Below are positions 24,755-38,785 of a stretch of DNA of 51,010 nt, in pieces (position 1 is the first letter of the stretch; every line of letters starts with the position of its first letter). Both the position numbers and the translations under genes were made by a program. The DNA is from Macrostomum lignano (Eukaryota), in the NCBI GenBank assembly GCA_002269645.1, contig NIVC01001303.1:1-51010 (forward strand). Direction: 5' to 3'. The notes below the pieces were generated by a model. That model was given only the letters and a program-made list of their open reading frames with translations. It ran no database searches and was not told where the DNA came from.

Positions 24755-25305
24755 TATAGAATCCCGAATCTTCCAGAATCCCCAATCTTCCAGAATCCCC
24801 AATCTTCCAGAGTCCTCACTCAATCTTTGAGAATCCCCAATCTTCCAGAGTCCTCACTCAATCTTTGAGAATCCCCAATCTTCCAGAATCCTCAATCTTC
24901 CAGAATCCCCAATCTTCCAGAATCCCCAATCTTCCAGAATCCTCAATCTTCCAGAATCCTCAATCTTCCAGAATCCCCAATCTTCCAGAATCTCCAATCT
25001 TCCAGAATCCCCAATCTTCCAGAATCCCTAATCTTCCAGAATCCCTAATCTTCCAGAATCTCCAATCTGCAAGAATCCCCAATCTTCCAGAATCCCTAAT
25101 CTTCCAGAATCTCCAATCTGCAAGAATCCCCAATCTTCCAGAATCCCCAATCTTCCAAAATCCCCAATTTAAATCCCCAATCTTCCAGAATCCCTAAATT
25201 ATTTCCCCAATCTTCCAGAATCCCCAATCCAGAATCACCAATCTTCCAGAATCCCCAATCTTCCAGCATCCCCAAATTTATTCCCCAATCTTCCAGCATC
25301 CTCAA
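24755..25305. repeat. 17-bp minisatellite (AATCCCCAATCTTCCAG)
   Basis: About 30 units with variants. Confidence 0.95.
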
Positions 25306-25914
25306 ATTAATCTTAAATCTAATTCACAAGTTAATACAAGTTGAGCACAGCCAAGTCAAAAAGCCACAGCTCACCCCACCCTCCTCAGCTCGTGAGCATA
25401 TGAAGACAGCTCATCCATCTCTTGCAGCATGGCAGGTCAATTTCCACTCTCTAATGTCGAACAACTCAAAACCTACAGCAGCCGTTCCCAGTCAGAAGTC
25501 AAGCAATTTCTATAATTTGAGAGATTTTCGTAGGACTGTGGGGAGATAAAGGAGCCGGTTGCTAATGGTGAGTCACTGGGGGAGGCAGGGCTGAGCAGAT
25601 CGAGACTGGGAAGTGTCAATCACGCTGCGAGGTTTCTCTGCTGCTCTCTCTCTGTCTTTGTTTGTGAGACCTCCTCTGAGCTTGATGCTTCCTCTTTTTC
25701 CCTTCCATCTCAGCAGCCTCTCAGCCGAACTTTGGTTTCTATGGCTGGATGTGAGGGGGGGGGACGATTTTCCACAACTATTGACTTCCCATCTGCCTCC
25801 GGGATTCTCTGAGAAATGGGGGGGGGGGCAGTTGCGCCCGGTGACTTGGCTGACAAATAAAACGGCATGCGCAATGCGTAAATGCTGGTCTCGAAAATTA
25901 ATAGGTTTGATATG

Positions 25915-28300
25915 ATTTTAGCGCCATTTTAAGCATCTTAGCTGATTTTGGCACCATTTTAAGCATCACAGTTGATTTTGGCACCATTTTAAGCATCACA
26001 GTTGATTTTGGCGCCATTTTAAGCATCACAGTTGATTTTGGCGCCATTTTAAGCATCACAGTTGATTTTGGCACCATTTTAAGCATCACAGTTGATTTTG
26101 GCACCATTTTAAGCATCACAGTTGATTTTGGCGCCATTTTAAGCATCACAGTTGATTTTGGCGCCATTTTAAGCATCACAGTTGATTTTGGCACCATTTT
26201 AAGCATCACAGTTGATTTTGGCACCATTTTAAGCATCACAGTTGATTTTGGCACCATTTTAAGCATCACAGTTGATTTTGGCGCCATTTTAAGCATCACA
26301 GTTGATTTTGGCGCCATTTTTAGCATCATAGCTGATTTTGGCGCCATTTTAAGCATCACAGTTGATTTTGGCACCATTTTAAGCATCACAGATGATTTTG
26401 GCGCCATTTTAAGCATCTTAGCTGATTTTGGCACCATTTTAAGCATCACAGTTGATTTTGGCACCATTTTAAGCATCACAGATGATTTTGGCGCCATTTT
26501 AAGCATCACAGTTGATTTTGCGCCATTTTAAGCATCTTAACTGATTTTGGCGCCATATTAAGCATCATAGATGATTTTGGCGCCATTTTAAGCATCATAG
26601 ATGATTTTGGCGCCATTTTAAGCATCATAGATTATTTTTGCGCCATTTTAAGCATCTTAACTAATTTTAGCGCCATTTTAAGCATCATAGATGATTTTGG
26701 CGCCATTTTAAGCATCATAGATTATTTTTGCGCCATTTTAAGCATCTTAACTGATTTTGGCGCCATTTTAAGCATCACAGTTGATTTTGGCGCCATTTTT
26801 AGCATCATAGCTGATTTTGGCGCCATTTTAAGCATCATAGATGATTTTGGCGCCATTTTAAGCATCATAGATGATTTTGGCGCCATTTTAAGCATCATAG
26901 ATGATTTTGGCGCCATTTTAAGCATCATAGATGATTTTGGCGCCATTTTAAGCATCACAGTTGATTTTGGCGCCATTTTAAGCATCATAGATGATTTTGG
27001 CGCCATTTTAAGCATCATAGATGATTTTGGCGCCATTTTAAGCATCACCGATGATTTTGGCGCCATTTTAAGCACCATAGTTGATTTTGGCGCCATTTTA
27101 AGCATCATAGATGATTTTGGCGCCATTTTAAGCATCATAGATTATTTTGGCGCATTAAAGACTTTTTGGCGCCATTTTAAGCATCATAGAATGATTTGGG
27201 CGCAATTTTAAGCATCATAGATGATTTTGGCGCCATTTTAAGCATCATAGATGATTTTGGCGCCATTTTAAGCATCACAGTTGATTTTGGCGCTATTTTA
27301 AGCATCATAGATGATTTTGGCGCCATTTTAAGCATCATAGATGATTTTGGCGCCATTTAAGCATCATAGATGATTTTGGCGCCATTTTAAGCACCATAGT
27401 TGATTTTGGCGCCATTTTAAGCATCATAGATGATTTTGGCGCCATTTTAAGCATCATAGATGATTTTGGCGCCATTTTAAGCATCATAGATGATTTTGGC
27501 GCCATTTTAAGCATCATAGATGATTTTGGCGCCATTTTAAGCATCACCGATGATTTTGGCGCCATTTTAAGCACCATAGTTGATTTTGGCGCCATTTTAA
27601 GCATCATAGATGATTTTGGCGCCATTTTAAGCATCATAGATTATTTTGGCGCATTATAGACTTTTTGGCGCCATTTTAAGCATCATAGAATGATTTGGGC
27701 GCAATTTTAAGCATCATAGATGATTTTGGCGCCCTTTTAAGCATCATAGATGATTTTGGCGCCATTTTAAGCATCACAGTTGATTTTGGCGCCATTTTAA
27801 GCATCATAGATGATTTTGGCGCCATTTTAAGCATCACTGATTATTTTGGCGCCATTTTAAGCACCATAGTTGATTTTGGCGCCATTTTAAGCATCATAGA
27901 TGATTTTGGCGCCATTTTAAGCATCATAGATGATTTTGGCGCCATTTTAAGCATCATAGATGATTTTGGCGCCATTTTAAGCATCATAGATGATTTTGGC
28001 GCCATTTTAAGCATCATAGATTATTTTGGCGCATTATAGACTTTTTGGCGCCATTTTAAGCATCATAGATGATTTTGGCGCCATTTTAAGCATCATAGAT
28101 TATTTTGGCGCATTATAGACTTTTTGGCGCCATTTTAAGCATCATAGAATGATTTGGGCGCAATTTTAAGCATCACCGATGATTTTAGCGCCATTTTAAG
28201 CATCACCGATGATTTTGGCGCCATTTTAAGCACCATAGTTGATTTTGGCGCCATTTTAAGCATCATAGCTGATTTTGGCACCATTTAAGCCTTAGGTTTG
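25915..28300. repeat. 30-bp satellite (GATTTTGGCGCCATTTTAAGCATCAYAGWT), ~2.4 kb
   Basis: About 80 units with a central GGCGCC palindrome; source of the MLKMAPKST ORFs. Confidence 0.98.
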
Positions 28301-29164
28301 GATTTTAGTACCATTTTAGCGTCCCTAGATATTCTCTTCTTTCAGTTCCTCCTTAGAACCGAAAAAATGAATTTAATTCACTTTTGACACTGTTGACGCT
28401 AGAAACCCCGATCAAGCAGAGTGGGGGCTGCATGCGGAAATAGCTCCCCAGGTGTTAAATTTCTGCTCCCGCGACTCGCTGCTTCCGCCAGATTTTCTCC
28501 AGTTTGTGTGGCAGTAAATCTTCTTTTAACAGCCCGAGCGTCCGCTTCAACAGTTTAAATTGCTGAGAAGGAAGCGAGAGTTCTCGTGCGCACGAAGATC
28601 GTAAAGCACATTCTGCGGAGGATTGATTCGTTTTACGAGGAAAATCTTCTACTAGGAGAGATGCCTTCAATTTCTGGGGGCAGTGAGTAATGGCTTTGAG
28701 GAAGTCATCTAGTCAAGCAGTCTGTTCCTACTTGATTTCTGCTCTCCCAGATCAGGGCCCTTTTTCTTATTATCAGAGATTTCCTAAGCCGAAGCATAAC
28801 GAGAGCCCCGAGGCGTCGAGTCTGCCACTGAGCGAGTCAATTTTGTAATTAAAATGCTCTCAGCATTGCCGTTGTATTGAGTACTAACAAGTGGAGCGCC
28901 ACTTGAGAGATGAGATGGGAACAAAATGAGAGACAGAAAGACAGACAGGCAGACTAAAGCAATCTGCTGTGAAACAAATACACACAAATGTCGATTTGGG
29001 CGTGTTTGTTTTAACTGATCCTGTTGACAGACCCGACCCGCTCTCTTTGTCCCAAAGAGGCGAAGGGAGACGGCGCGTCAGTGCGCGACTGTGTGAGAGA
29101 GGAGGTTGAAGAGGAGCTAGTAGCTGGTGATGCTATTGAAATATGGTTGCGGCAGGGGGAGGTG

Positions 29165-29355
29165 GATGTGGAGAGGGAGAGGGAGTGAAGGAGAGAAGGA
29201 GAGGGAGAGAAGGAGAGAGAGGAGAGGGAGTGAAGGAGAGGGAGAGAAGGAGAGAGAGGAGAGGGAGAGAAGGAGAGGGAGAGAAGGAGAGGCAGAGAAG
29301 GAGAGGGAGAGATGGAGAGGGAGTGAAGGAGAGGGAGAGAAGGAGAGGGAGAGTA
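29165..29355. repeat. GA-rich low-complexity tract
   Basis: Imperfect GGAGAGGGAGAGAA repeats. Confidence 0.85.
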
Positions 29356-30034
29356 GAGCATGGGAGATGTAGACAGCCAGCTCTCTAGCAGCCCAGCAGC
29401 CGGGCGCCTCGCAGGGCCCCCTGATCAGGCAGTCGATGAGAAGGCAGTCGAGTGAGCAGGGTGCGCAGCAGTCAAACACGCAAACTGACACAAACCCAAA
29501 GAAAGTTGAGCATCCAGCAGCCCCAGTTGGCGGGGCTTCATGCCATGCGGCTCAGCTCCACCGCCGCCAATATTTGCGCAGAGGTAATTGCGTCAGTATT
29601 TGCTCAGGATGTCTGCCGCTGACTGACTGACAGGGGCAATGCCAAGTTTCCCTGCTCCCCCCTCTCTCTGCTCAGCTCTGGGTCTGGTTTCCTTCTTCCT
29701 CTATTTCTTTTCTAGGCTCCTAACTTGCCATCCTTTGCTCAGTTGCTTTGGGGCTGCCGAGCAGGAAATTTACCCCCCCCCCTTAGAAATTCTTTACCCA
29801 ATCTGCTCAGCCACGCAGTTCTGCCAGCTTGTCCCGTCTCTCTGCTCATTAAAAGCAGCAAGAGAAATTGAGAAGTAAACGGAAACTCTGCGGCAACAAG
29901 TTTTGCTATATTTCTGTTGCTGGATCTCTGCTTTCTCAGCTTGCCTTTTTCTGGTGAATAATTATTTTTGACGGGGTCAAATTTTGAGTTCGAATGCGGT
30001 TAGTGAGAGCTCTTCGGGCATTCTGAGCTGCTGA

Positions 30035-30680
30035 CTAGATTAGCAATCCACTCTGGACTCCACAATTCCCCATGATTGGCTGGATTAGAAATCCACTCTG
30101 GACTCCACAATTCCCCATGATTGGCTGGATTAGCAATCCACTCTGGACTCCACAATTCCCCATGATTGGCTGGATTAGCAATCCACTCTGGACTCCACAA
30201 TTCCCCATGATTGGCTGGATTAGCAATCCACTCTGGACTCCACAATTCCCCATGATTGGCTAGATTAGCAATCCACTCTGGACTCCACAATTCCCCATGA
30301 TTGGCTAGATTAGCAATCCATTCTGGACTCCACAATTCCCCATGATTGGCTAGATTAGCAATCCACTCTGGACTCCACAATTCCCCATGATTGGCTAGAT
30401 TAGCAATCCACTCTGGACTCCACAATTCCCCATGATTGGCTAGATTAGCAATCCACTCTGGACTCCACAATTCCCCATGATTGGCTAGATTAGCAATCCA
30501 TTCTGGACTCCACAATTCCCCATGATTGGCTGGATTAGCAATCCACTATGGACTCCACAATTCCCCATGATTGGCTAGATTAGCAATCCACTCTGGACTC
30601 CACAATTCCCCATGATTGGCTAGATTAGCAATCCATTCTGGACTCCACAATTCCCCATGATTGGCTGGATTAGCAATCCA
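30035..30680. repeat. 45-bp minisatellite (GATTAGCAATCCACTCTGGACTCCACAATTCCCCATGATTGGCTR)
   Basis: About 14 contiguous near-identical units with no spacers. Confidence 0.97.
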
Positions 30681-31104
30681 TTTTGAACTCAGTCAGTTTA
30701 GACAACTGCTTAGGTTTTTTATCAACTTTTTCTTGGCACAGCTCTTTCATACTAGGTTGCTGCTTCAGCTAAAAGAAGTTTCAAACGAACTGGAGAGTGA
30801 ACGGGGTCCTTTGGCCTACCAAGTGATTATTTAAAAATCTTTCACTCCTATCTCTGCCTTTTACCTAAAAGCCTTCGCATGGCTAGCAATGACTGAGAAA
30901 TGCGGCTGCACAATTTGCACTGTGGGCCTCGAGTGAGACAAATTCTGTTTTATTGCAGTCCACTTGTGGGTGGCAATGTCCTTCTCAGTGTCACTCCAAT
31001 CATCTCTGCGCTTCTTCATCCTGACTGCTTTGTCGCGTCGCTGCGGTCATGTACAGCGCCTGGGCTCCCAGGGTTCGAGGTGCTGCTCTGTCTCACCGTT
31101 CATC

Positions 31105-31465
31105 TCTCTACTTCTCCCAGTCTACTTCTCACTCTCTGCTTCTCTCTCCTTAATTTATCCGTCTCTACTTCTCCTTCCCTACTTCTCCGTCTCTACTTCT
31201 CCCTCCCTACATCTCAGTCTCTACTTCTCCCTCCCTACTTCTCACTCCCCTACTTCATCTCTCTCTACTTCTCCCTCTCTACTCTCCCTCTCTACATCTC
31301 CCTCTCTACATCTCCCTCTCTGCATCTCTCTCTCTCTCTCTACATCTCCCTCTCTACATCTCCCTCTCTGCATCTCTCTCTCTCTCTCTACATCTGCCTC
31401 TCTACTTCTCCCTCTCTACTTCTCACTCACTCCTTTTCTATTTCTCACTCTGCTTTTCTACTTCT
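31105..31465. repeat. CT-rich degenerate repeat (TCTCTACTTCTCCC-like)
   Basis: Pyrimidine-rich imperfect units. Confidence 0.85.
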
Positions 31466-32044
31466 CTAGCAAGCAGCCAGAAGACACACCGAGAGAGCGA
31501 AATAGAAGAGCCCATCAGAGAGCAGACAGCAGGCGGTAGCTGCTTCTTTTAGTTTGATCAGCTTGTACCGCCCAGTCTCCCAGCGCCACCTCTCCACATT
31601 CACACCCTGTATGTGTGCACACTCATAAGCCTTTGATGCCACAGCGTTAGAGAATGCCGACTGTTCTGTTAATGCGATTCCTATACCCGTGCCTTCGCTC
31701 GATCACTTTCCTCCCCGTCCCCAGCCAGCCTCGCGCTTCGGTAAATTTGGCTTCGGGCGAAACTTGGAATCTCATTCCTCAATTCTTGGCCGCAGTGCCA
31801 CTTCGCGCGCGTTTCACCAAACTGGATGATATCCTCTGCACTGTAGTAGGGAGGCTTTTTTGTGCGCGTGCTGCTTTGAGGTTTTTGATCTCATCTGTAA
31901 TCCGCCACACTCGGATTACAGACGACAGCGACGCTCGGTGTGGGCAGCAGCCGCGAGCCTTCAGGGCAGATTGCGGCCTGGTAATGGAGTGAGCGGTGGC
32001 GCTTCTCTTTTAGAGGAGTGGGGGATGGAATGTAAGGTGGGAAG

Positions 32045-33070
32045 GGGGAAAAGGATGAGAGGGTGAGAGGGATGAGAGGGGAGACAGATAGGGCGAGATA
32101 GGGTCGAGAGGGAGAGAGATGGGTTGATATTGAGAGGTAAAGAAGTAATAATGAGATAGGATGAGAGGGAGAAAAATAGGGTGAGAGGGAGAGAGATTGG
32201 GGGAAAGGGGAAGAGAGGAAGAGATTGGGGGAGAGGGAGAGAGATTGGGTGAGAGGGAGAGAGATAGGGTGAGAGGGAGAGAGATTGGGTGAGAGGGAGA
32301 GAGATAGGGTGAGAGGGAGAGAGATTGGGTGAGAGGGAGAGAGATTGGGTGAGAGGGAGAGAGATTGGGTGAGAGGGAGAGAGATTGGGTGAGAGGGAGA
32401 GAGATTGGGTGAGAGGGAGAGAGATTGGGTGAGAGGGAGAGAGATTGGGTGAGAGGGAGAGAGATTGGGTGAGAGGGAGAGAGATTGGGTGAGAGGGAGA
32501 GAGATTGGGTGAGAGGGAGAAAAATAGGGTGAGAGGGAGAGAGATTGGGGGAAAGGGGAAGAGAGGAAGAGATGGGGGAGAGGGAGAGAGATTGGGTGAG
32601 AGGGAGAGAGATTGGGTGAGAGGGAGAGAGATTGGGTGAGAGGGAGAGAGATTGGGTGAGAGGGAGAGAGATTGGGTGTGAGGGAGAGAGATTGGGTGAG
32701 AGGGAGAGAGATAGGGTGAGAGGGAGAGAGATTGGGTGAGAGGGAGAGAGATAGGGTGAGAGGGAGAGAGATTGGGTGAGAGGGAGAGAGATAGGGTGAG
32801 AGGGAGAGAGATTGGGTGAGAGGGAGAGAGATTGGGTGAGAGGGAGAGAGATTGGGTGAGAGGGAGAGAGATTGGGTGAGAGGGAGAGAGATTGGGTGAG
32901 AGGGAGAGAGATTGGGTGAGAGGGAGAGAGATTGGGTGAGAGGGAGAGAGATTGGGTGAGAGGGAGAGAGATTGGGTGAGAGGGAGAGAGATTGGGTGAG
33001 AGGGAGAGAGATTGGGTGAGAGGGAGAGAGATTGGGTGAGAGGGAGAGAGATTGGGTGAGAGGGAGAGAG
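32045..33070. repeat. 20-bp purine-rich minisatellite (GAGAGGGAGAGAGATTGGGT)
   Basis: About 50 units. Confidence 0.97.
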
Positions 33071-33721
33071 GTTGAGCAAGACATGAGACTATGAGATAGC
33101 TCAATTTCCGACACAAGCCTTTTGTTCATTTTTCAAATGCATTGGTAAAAACAAATCATTTTATACAAGAACAAAACATTCAATATTAATTATTTTTCAA
33201 CTCAACTAAACCGCAGCAGACATTGTTAGGATCTGTGCTCTCAAATCTGAAAAAAATCACAAAAATTAGCTATGCTTGCTTTTGGAGTTTGCAAGTGTGC
33301 AGCTGCATGCTGCGGTCGCTTCTTCTTCTTAGTAAAGTAAACCGCCCGTATCGATGCTGCTTGCTCAAGCAGACAATTGAGCAGCTGCGGAAGCTCAGAG
33401 CTACAAGCAGTACTTGCCGCGGTACCTACAAAAATTACAGGAATGCGAAATTTAATCTGCGTTGTTCAAACATGGTGCATATAAACATTGGCTGGTGTGT
33501 TTGCTGTGTGCTCTACCGTCTGTGCACAGGAATGCATACAGTAGTTCAGATGTGAACAGACACAGGCAAACCAATACTGGGACAGGTAAAATCTATAAGT
33601 AAAAGACAGGCCCTAAACACTGACAGACAGGAATCAAGAGACAAGACATCTTAACAGACGGAATCAGACGGACAGACAAATAGACACAGAAAGACACTAA
33701 ATATCAGTCGCAAAGATACTA

Positions 33722-33745
33722 AGACAGGCAGGCAGGCAGACAGGC

Positions 33746-33786
<41 letters not shown>

Positions 33787-33817
33787 TGCAGACAGACAGA
33801 CAGACAGACAGACATGA

Positions 33818-33862
<45 letters not shown>

Positions 33863-33865
33863 TGA

Positions 33866-33906
<41 letters not shown>

Positions 33907-33925
33907 GGCAGGCAGGCAGGCAGGC

Positions 33926-33974
<49 letters not shown>

Positions 33975-34121
33975 GGCAGGCAGGCAGGCAGACAGACAGG
34001 CAGACAGACAGACAGGCAGACAGACAGACAGACAGGCAGGCAGACAGACAGACAGACAGACAGATAGACAGACAGACAGACATGCAGACAGACAGACAGA
34101 CAGACAGACATGAAGACAGGC

Positions 34122-34162
<41 letters not shown>

Positions 34163-34440
34163 TGAAGACAGACAGACAGACAGACAGACAGGCAGACAGA
34201 CAGACAGACAGGCAGGCAGACAGACAGACAGACAGACAGATAGACAGACAGACAGACAGACACACAGGCAGACAAAGACAGGCAGACAAAGACAGGCAGA
34301 CAAAACAAGCAGACAAAACAGGCAGACAAACACAGGCCGACAAAGACAGGCCGACAAAGACAGGCCGACAAACACAGGCAGACAAAGACAGGCCGACAAA
34401 GACAGGCAGACAAACGCAGGCAGACAAAGACAGGCACTAA
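33722..34440. repeat. (GACA)n / GACAGGCA compound microsatellite grading into AGACAAAGACAGGC units
   Basis: Direct inspection. Confidence 0.95.
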
Positions 34441-35344
34441 AAGACAAACGCAAGAAAACACAGACACAATAGTGTATTGCGCTGGCTAAAATTCAACTAT
34501 TAGACACGTGCCAGTTTTCCACTATCCGCAAACTATAGACTTCTTTAGGTTTCGCAGCTCTCATTGACTTGCTAATGGAACTGACTTAATGCGCAACACA
34601 GCACAGCGACATCAGCAATCTCTAAGTAGAAAAATCAGAGGTGGGGCCAAGCAAAAGGCGAAAGCAATTCTGGTTACACAGTGCGGAAGTGTTGCGACAG
34701 GGGGGTGGAAGCAAGACCAAGATATAGCTGAAAATGGAGAAGGATTGCCAGGGAGTGTTGGGGCCGGTTTTGAGAAATTTGAAACTTTCCCAGAGACCTG
34801 AGAGCGTCCTGGGCTGGGGGGTCCCTGACTGCGTGTTGGGCCAATTTGTTTATAATACAAGCCTTGCTCAGCAAAAATTTAATAGGCAACTAAAAATAAG
34901 CGTAAGCGTTGGGAGTCTCGTTACTCGAATCGAAATTAGCTTACACTTTCTCGAGTAATCGGACACCTCAAGTGCTTTTGGCCTCTCAGCCCTTCTCCCA
35001 CAGCCCCCAGTCCCAAACTAACTATAGGCTCACTTGCAACTGGGACAGACAAAATTATCATTTATTGCTTTTTCGTTTCAGAAAAAAGCCCCATTAACTC
35101 TGCATTGCTGATTGCAGAGAATTTTTCCCTGACTGATGACGAACCAGCGGGTGCTGACGGATCAATAAATCTTCCGTAGTTGCGTCACAGTTTTCACACT
35201 CGGTGGTTCTTCATCCGGCATACAGCTTCCAGGGTAGGCAGATGGAACAATTGATAACTATTATGTTTTTGGAATTAAACCTGGGCTTCGTTTCTTCTTG
35301 TGGATGCAATGGGAGTTCCAGGCCGTCATCATAAATCACTGCTG

Positions 35345-35960
35345 ACTGTGTGAGACTGGATCGGATTGCGGTGAGACTAGATAAGATGGATTTGATGAGG
35401 CGGCATTTTGGATAGATTGGGTAAAATAGAAAAGATAGGTCAGATTGGATTGCATTTCAGTGAGATTGGGCTATATCGGGTGAGATTGGATTAGAATAGG
35501 ATGAGATCGGATTAGAATAGGATGAGATCGGATCATATTAGGCTGAGATAAGATTAGAATTGGATGAGATTAGATTAGAATAAGGTGATACTGGATTAGA
35601 ATAGGGTGAGATTGGATTTAAAAAGAATGAGATCGGATTATAATAGGGTTAGATTGGATTAGACTAGGGTGAGATTTAATTAGAATAGGGTGAGATTGGA
35701 TTAGAATAGGGTGAAATTGGATTAGATTAAGGTGAGATTGGATTCGATTAGGGTGAGATCGGATCACACTAGGGTGAGATGGGGTTAGAATAGGGTGAGA
35801 TTGGATTAGAATAGGATGAGATCGGATTAGAATAGAGTTAGATCGGATCATATTAGGGTGAGATTGGATTAGAACTGGGTGAGATTGGATTCGAATAGGT
35901 GACACTGAACTAGATTACTAATGGAGTGAGATTGGATTAGATTAAGTTGAGATTAGATTA
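35345..35960. repeat. Degenerate 21-bp minisatellite (ATTGGATTAGAATAGGGTGAG)
   Basis: About 25 diverged units. Confidence 0.9.
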
Positions 35961-36969
35961 GAATTTTCGGATGAAACTATTGTATCGCATTGTTTAGGTT
36001 TAGATTGGATAAGCTTAAAAACGAGATTCAATCGATTAAGGGTGAGACTAGTATAAGGCTTGTTGAGCTACACAGGGCACGCATGCACTGACCGAGTGGA
36101 CCCTGTAGTTTTCACCCTCAAGGCTTGCCCAGTTTTCAGGTCAACACGGGAAGACAGATAGGCTTAGAGAGGGGAGCACAGCTGAGAGAGAGTAGTAAGA
36201 AGAAAATCCCACAATTTAGCGTCCCATCCCCTGACCAGCTGCTCAGTTTATCAGCAGCAGCAGCCGCTTGCAATCAATTTATTTCGCTCCGGCAGCTTAA
36301 AATTCTGAGCAGCACCCCAGCCTCAACCCCTTCCCCATCTCCGCCATCCCCAAAGCACTCGTAAAAAACTTTTACTTTGGAAAATAAAGAGCCTTCGCTC
36401 CGACTAGGGATCCCCGAAACCCCCCTGTCTCTGGGGAGTCCCGCAGCCGCCGTGAAAGCAGCTCACAGAGAGTTCATTTGATTGGGAATTTTTTTCTCGT
36501 GAACCACGCGAACTTGGCCACGCCGCCAGGGCAGCGCTGAAGTGCCCGCTGGGACCTCCTGCCGCGGCCGTGGCTGCGTCCCAAGGGTCACACGACTCGC
36601 TTGGCTGACTTCCCAGCCCTCCCTGCCACTGCCAGTGCCGCTGCTCTGGGGCGCCGCCCTTCACACTTTCCCTCTCGCTACTCCTCAATCAGCTCGGATT
36701 GCTGAAATCCCATTCGGCGTTGGCGCGAATCCGAATCAATGCCTTGGCGATATGTTCCAGATATTGTTGCTGCTGCTGCTCCTGCTGCTGCTGCTGCTGA
36801 TGCTCACGACAGCCCAGGTGCCAGCCATGCGTGAACGATTTGAGCGGCCGTGAAGTGCTGCCACTGCCCCGGGGTCAGCGAAGTGCGGAGAGACTTGAAG
36901 GGTGACAGACAGGGGATGGGAAAGATAATTAGATGTGTTCCTGCGATGGGGAGGGCGGAGATGGGGACA

Positions 36970-37616
<647 letters not shown>

Positions 37617-38144
37617 TCAAAGATCATTCAGCTCAAATTCAGAGACTAAGAAAGCCACTGAGAAGAAAAGGAAATCAATGTGGACCCGGAGCTGAACTGA
37701 TCGAGTAGAAACTTCCGGTTGACCTGGAGTTGCTGCAGCCGCGTGCCTGTCTCACAGATCAGCCCTGAGGGTTTAGCTATTAAAATTTTTGTTCCTTGAT
37801 TTTGAGCAGCTAAAGAGCGTGTGGAGGTACCTGCTCAAATCTCTTCTCGAAAGGATTTTGTCTTTTTAATATTGGGATCAAATCGGCTTCCCCCACCCCG
37901 AGGCAATGGGAAATGCCATTTTCAGGGATTTTTTGGGGATTTAGGGATCTTGGGATCAGAACTGAATGCGGTTTTTTTTAATTTGCCGTCATTGTGAAAT
38001 TGCTATCTGCGGGTCGTGAGGATCTTTCATTGTTTTGGGATTATGGCTGCAGACATTCGACAGATTGGGATCGGGCGGTTTGCAAAAGAAATTAACTTGC
38101 CTCTTCTGCGATCGCTATGAGGTGGCAGCCCAGCCTCTGACTTA

Positions 38145-38785
38145 GGAGTCAGGGGAGGGCATAGACAGTCCAAAATCTGACTGAGGAGTCAGGGGAGGGC
38201 ATAGACAGTCCAAAATCTGACTGAGGAGTCAGGGGAGGGCATAGACAGTCCAAAATCTGACTGAGGAGTCAGGGGAAGGCATAGACAGCTCACAATCTGA
38301 CTGAGGAGTCAGGGGAGGGGATAGACAGCCCCACAATCTGACTGAGGAGTCAGGGGAGGGGATAGACAGCCCCACAATCTGACTGAGGAGTCAGGGGAGG
38401 GGATAGACAGCCACAATCTGACTGAGGAGTCAGGGGAGGGGATAGACAGCTCATCATCTGACTGAGGAGTCAGGGGAGGGGATAGACAGCTCACCAGCTG
38501 ACTGAGGAGTCAGGGGAGGGGATAGACAGCTCATCATCTGACTGAGGAGTCAGGGGAGGGGATAGACAGCTCACCAGCTGACTGAGGAGTCAGGGGAGGG
38601 GATAGACAGCCCCACAATCAGACTGAGGAGTCAGGGGAGGGCATAGGCAGCTCACAATCTGACTGAGGAGTCAGGGGAGGGGATAGACAGCCCCACAATC
38701 AGACTGAGGAGTCAGGGGAGGGCATAGACAGTCCAAAATCTGACTGAAGAGTCAGGGCAGAGGATAGGCAGCCCACCATCTGACC
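38145..38785. repeat. 40-bp minisatellite (TCTGACTGAGGAGTCAGGGGAGGGSATAGACAG+7 variable nt)
   Basis: About 16 units; constant ~33-nt core with a short variable segment. Confidence 0.95.

Noticed and set aside
30035-30680. 45-bp array as a CRISPR array
   Set aside because: Units are contiguous with no unique spacers, no cas genes are present, and the context is eukaryotic.
35131-35215. Hammerhead ribozyme core (CTGATGA at ~35133; also ~49858)
   Set aside because: No correctly placed stem II + GAAA and no closing helices were found by eye.
38145-38785. Hairpin-containing 40-bp repeat with a variable segment as CRISPR-like
   Set aside because: The variable part is only ~7 nt and consists of related variants, so it is an ordinary minisatellite.
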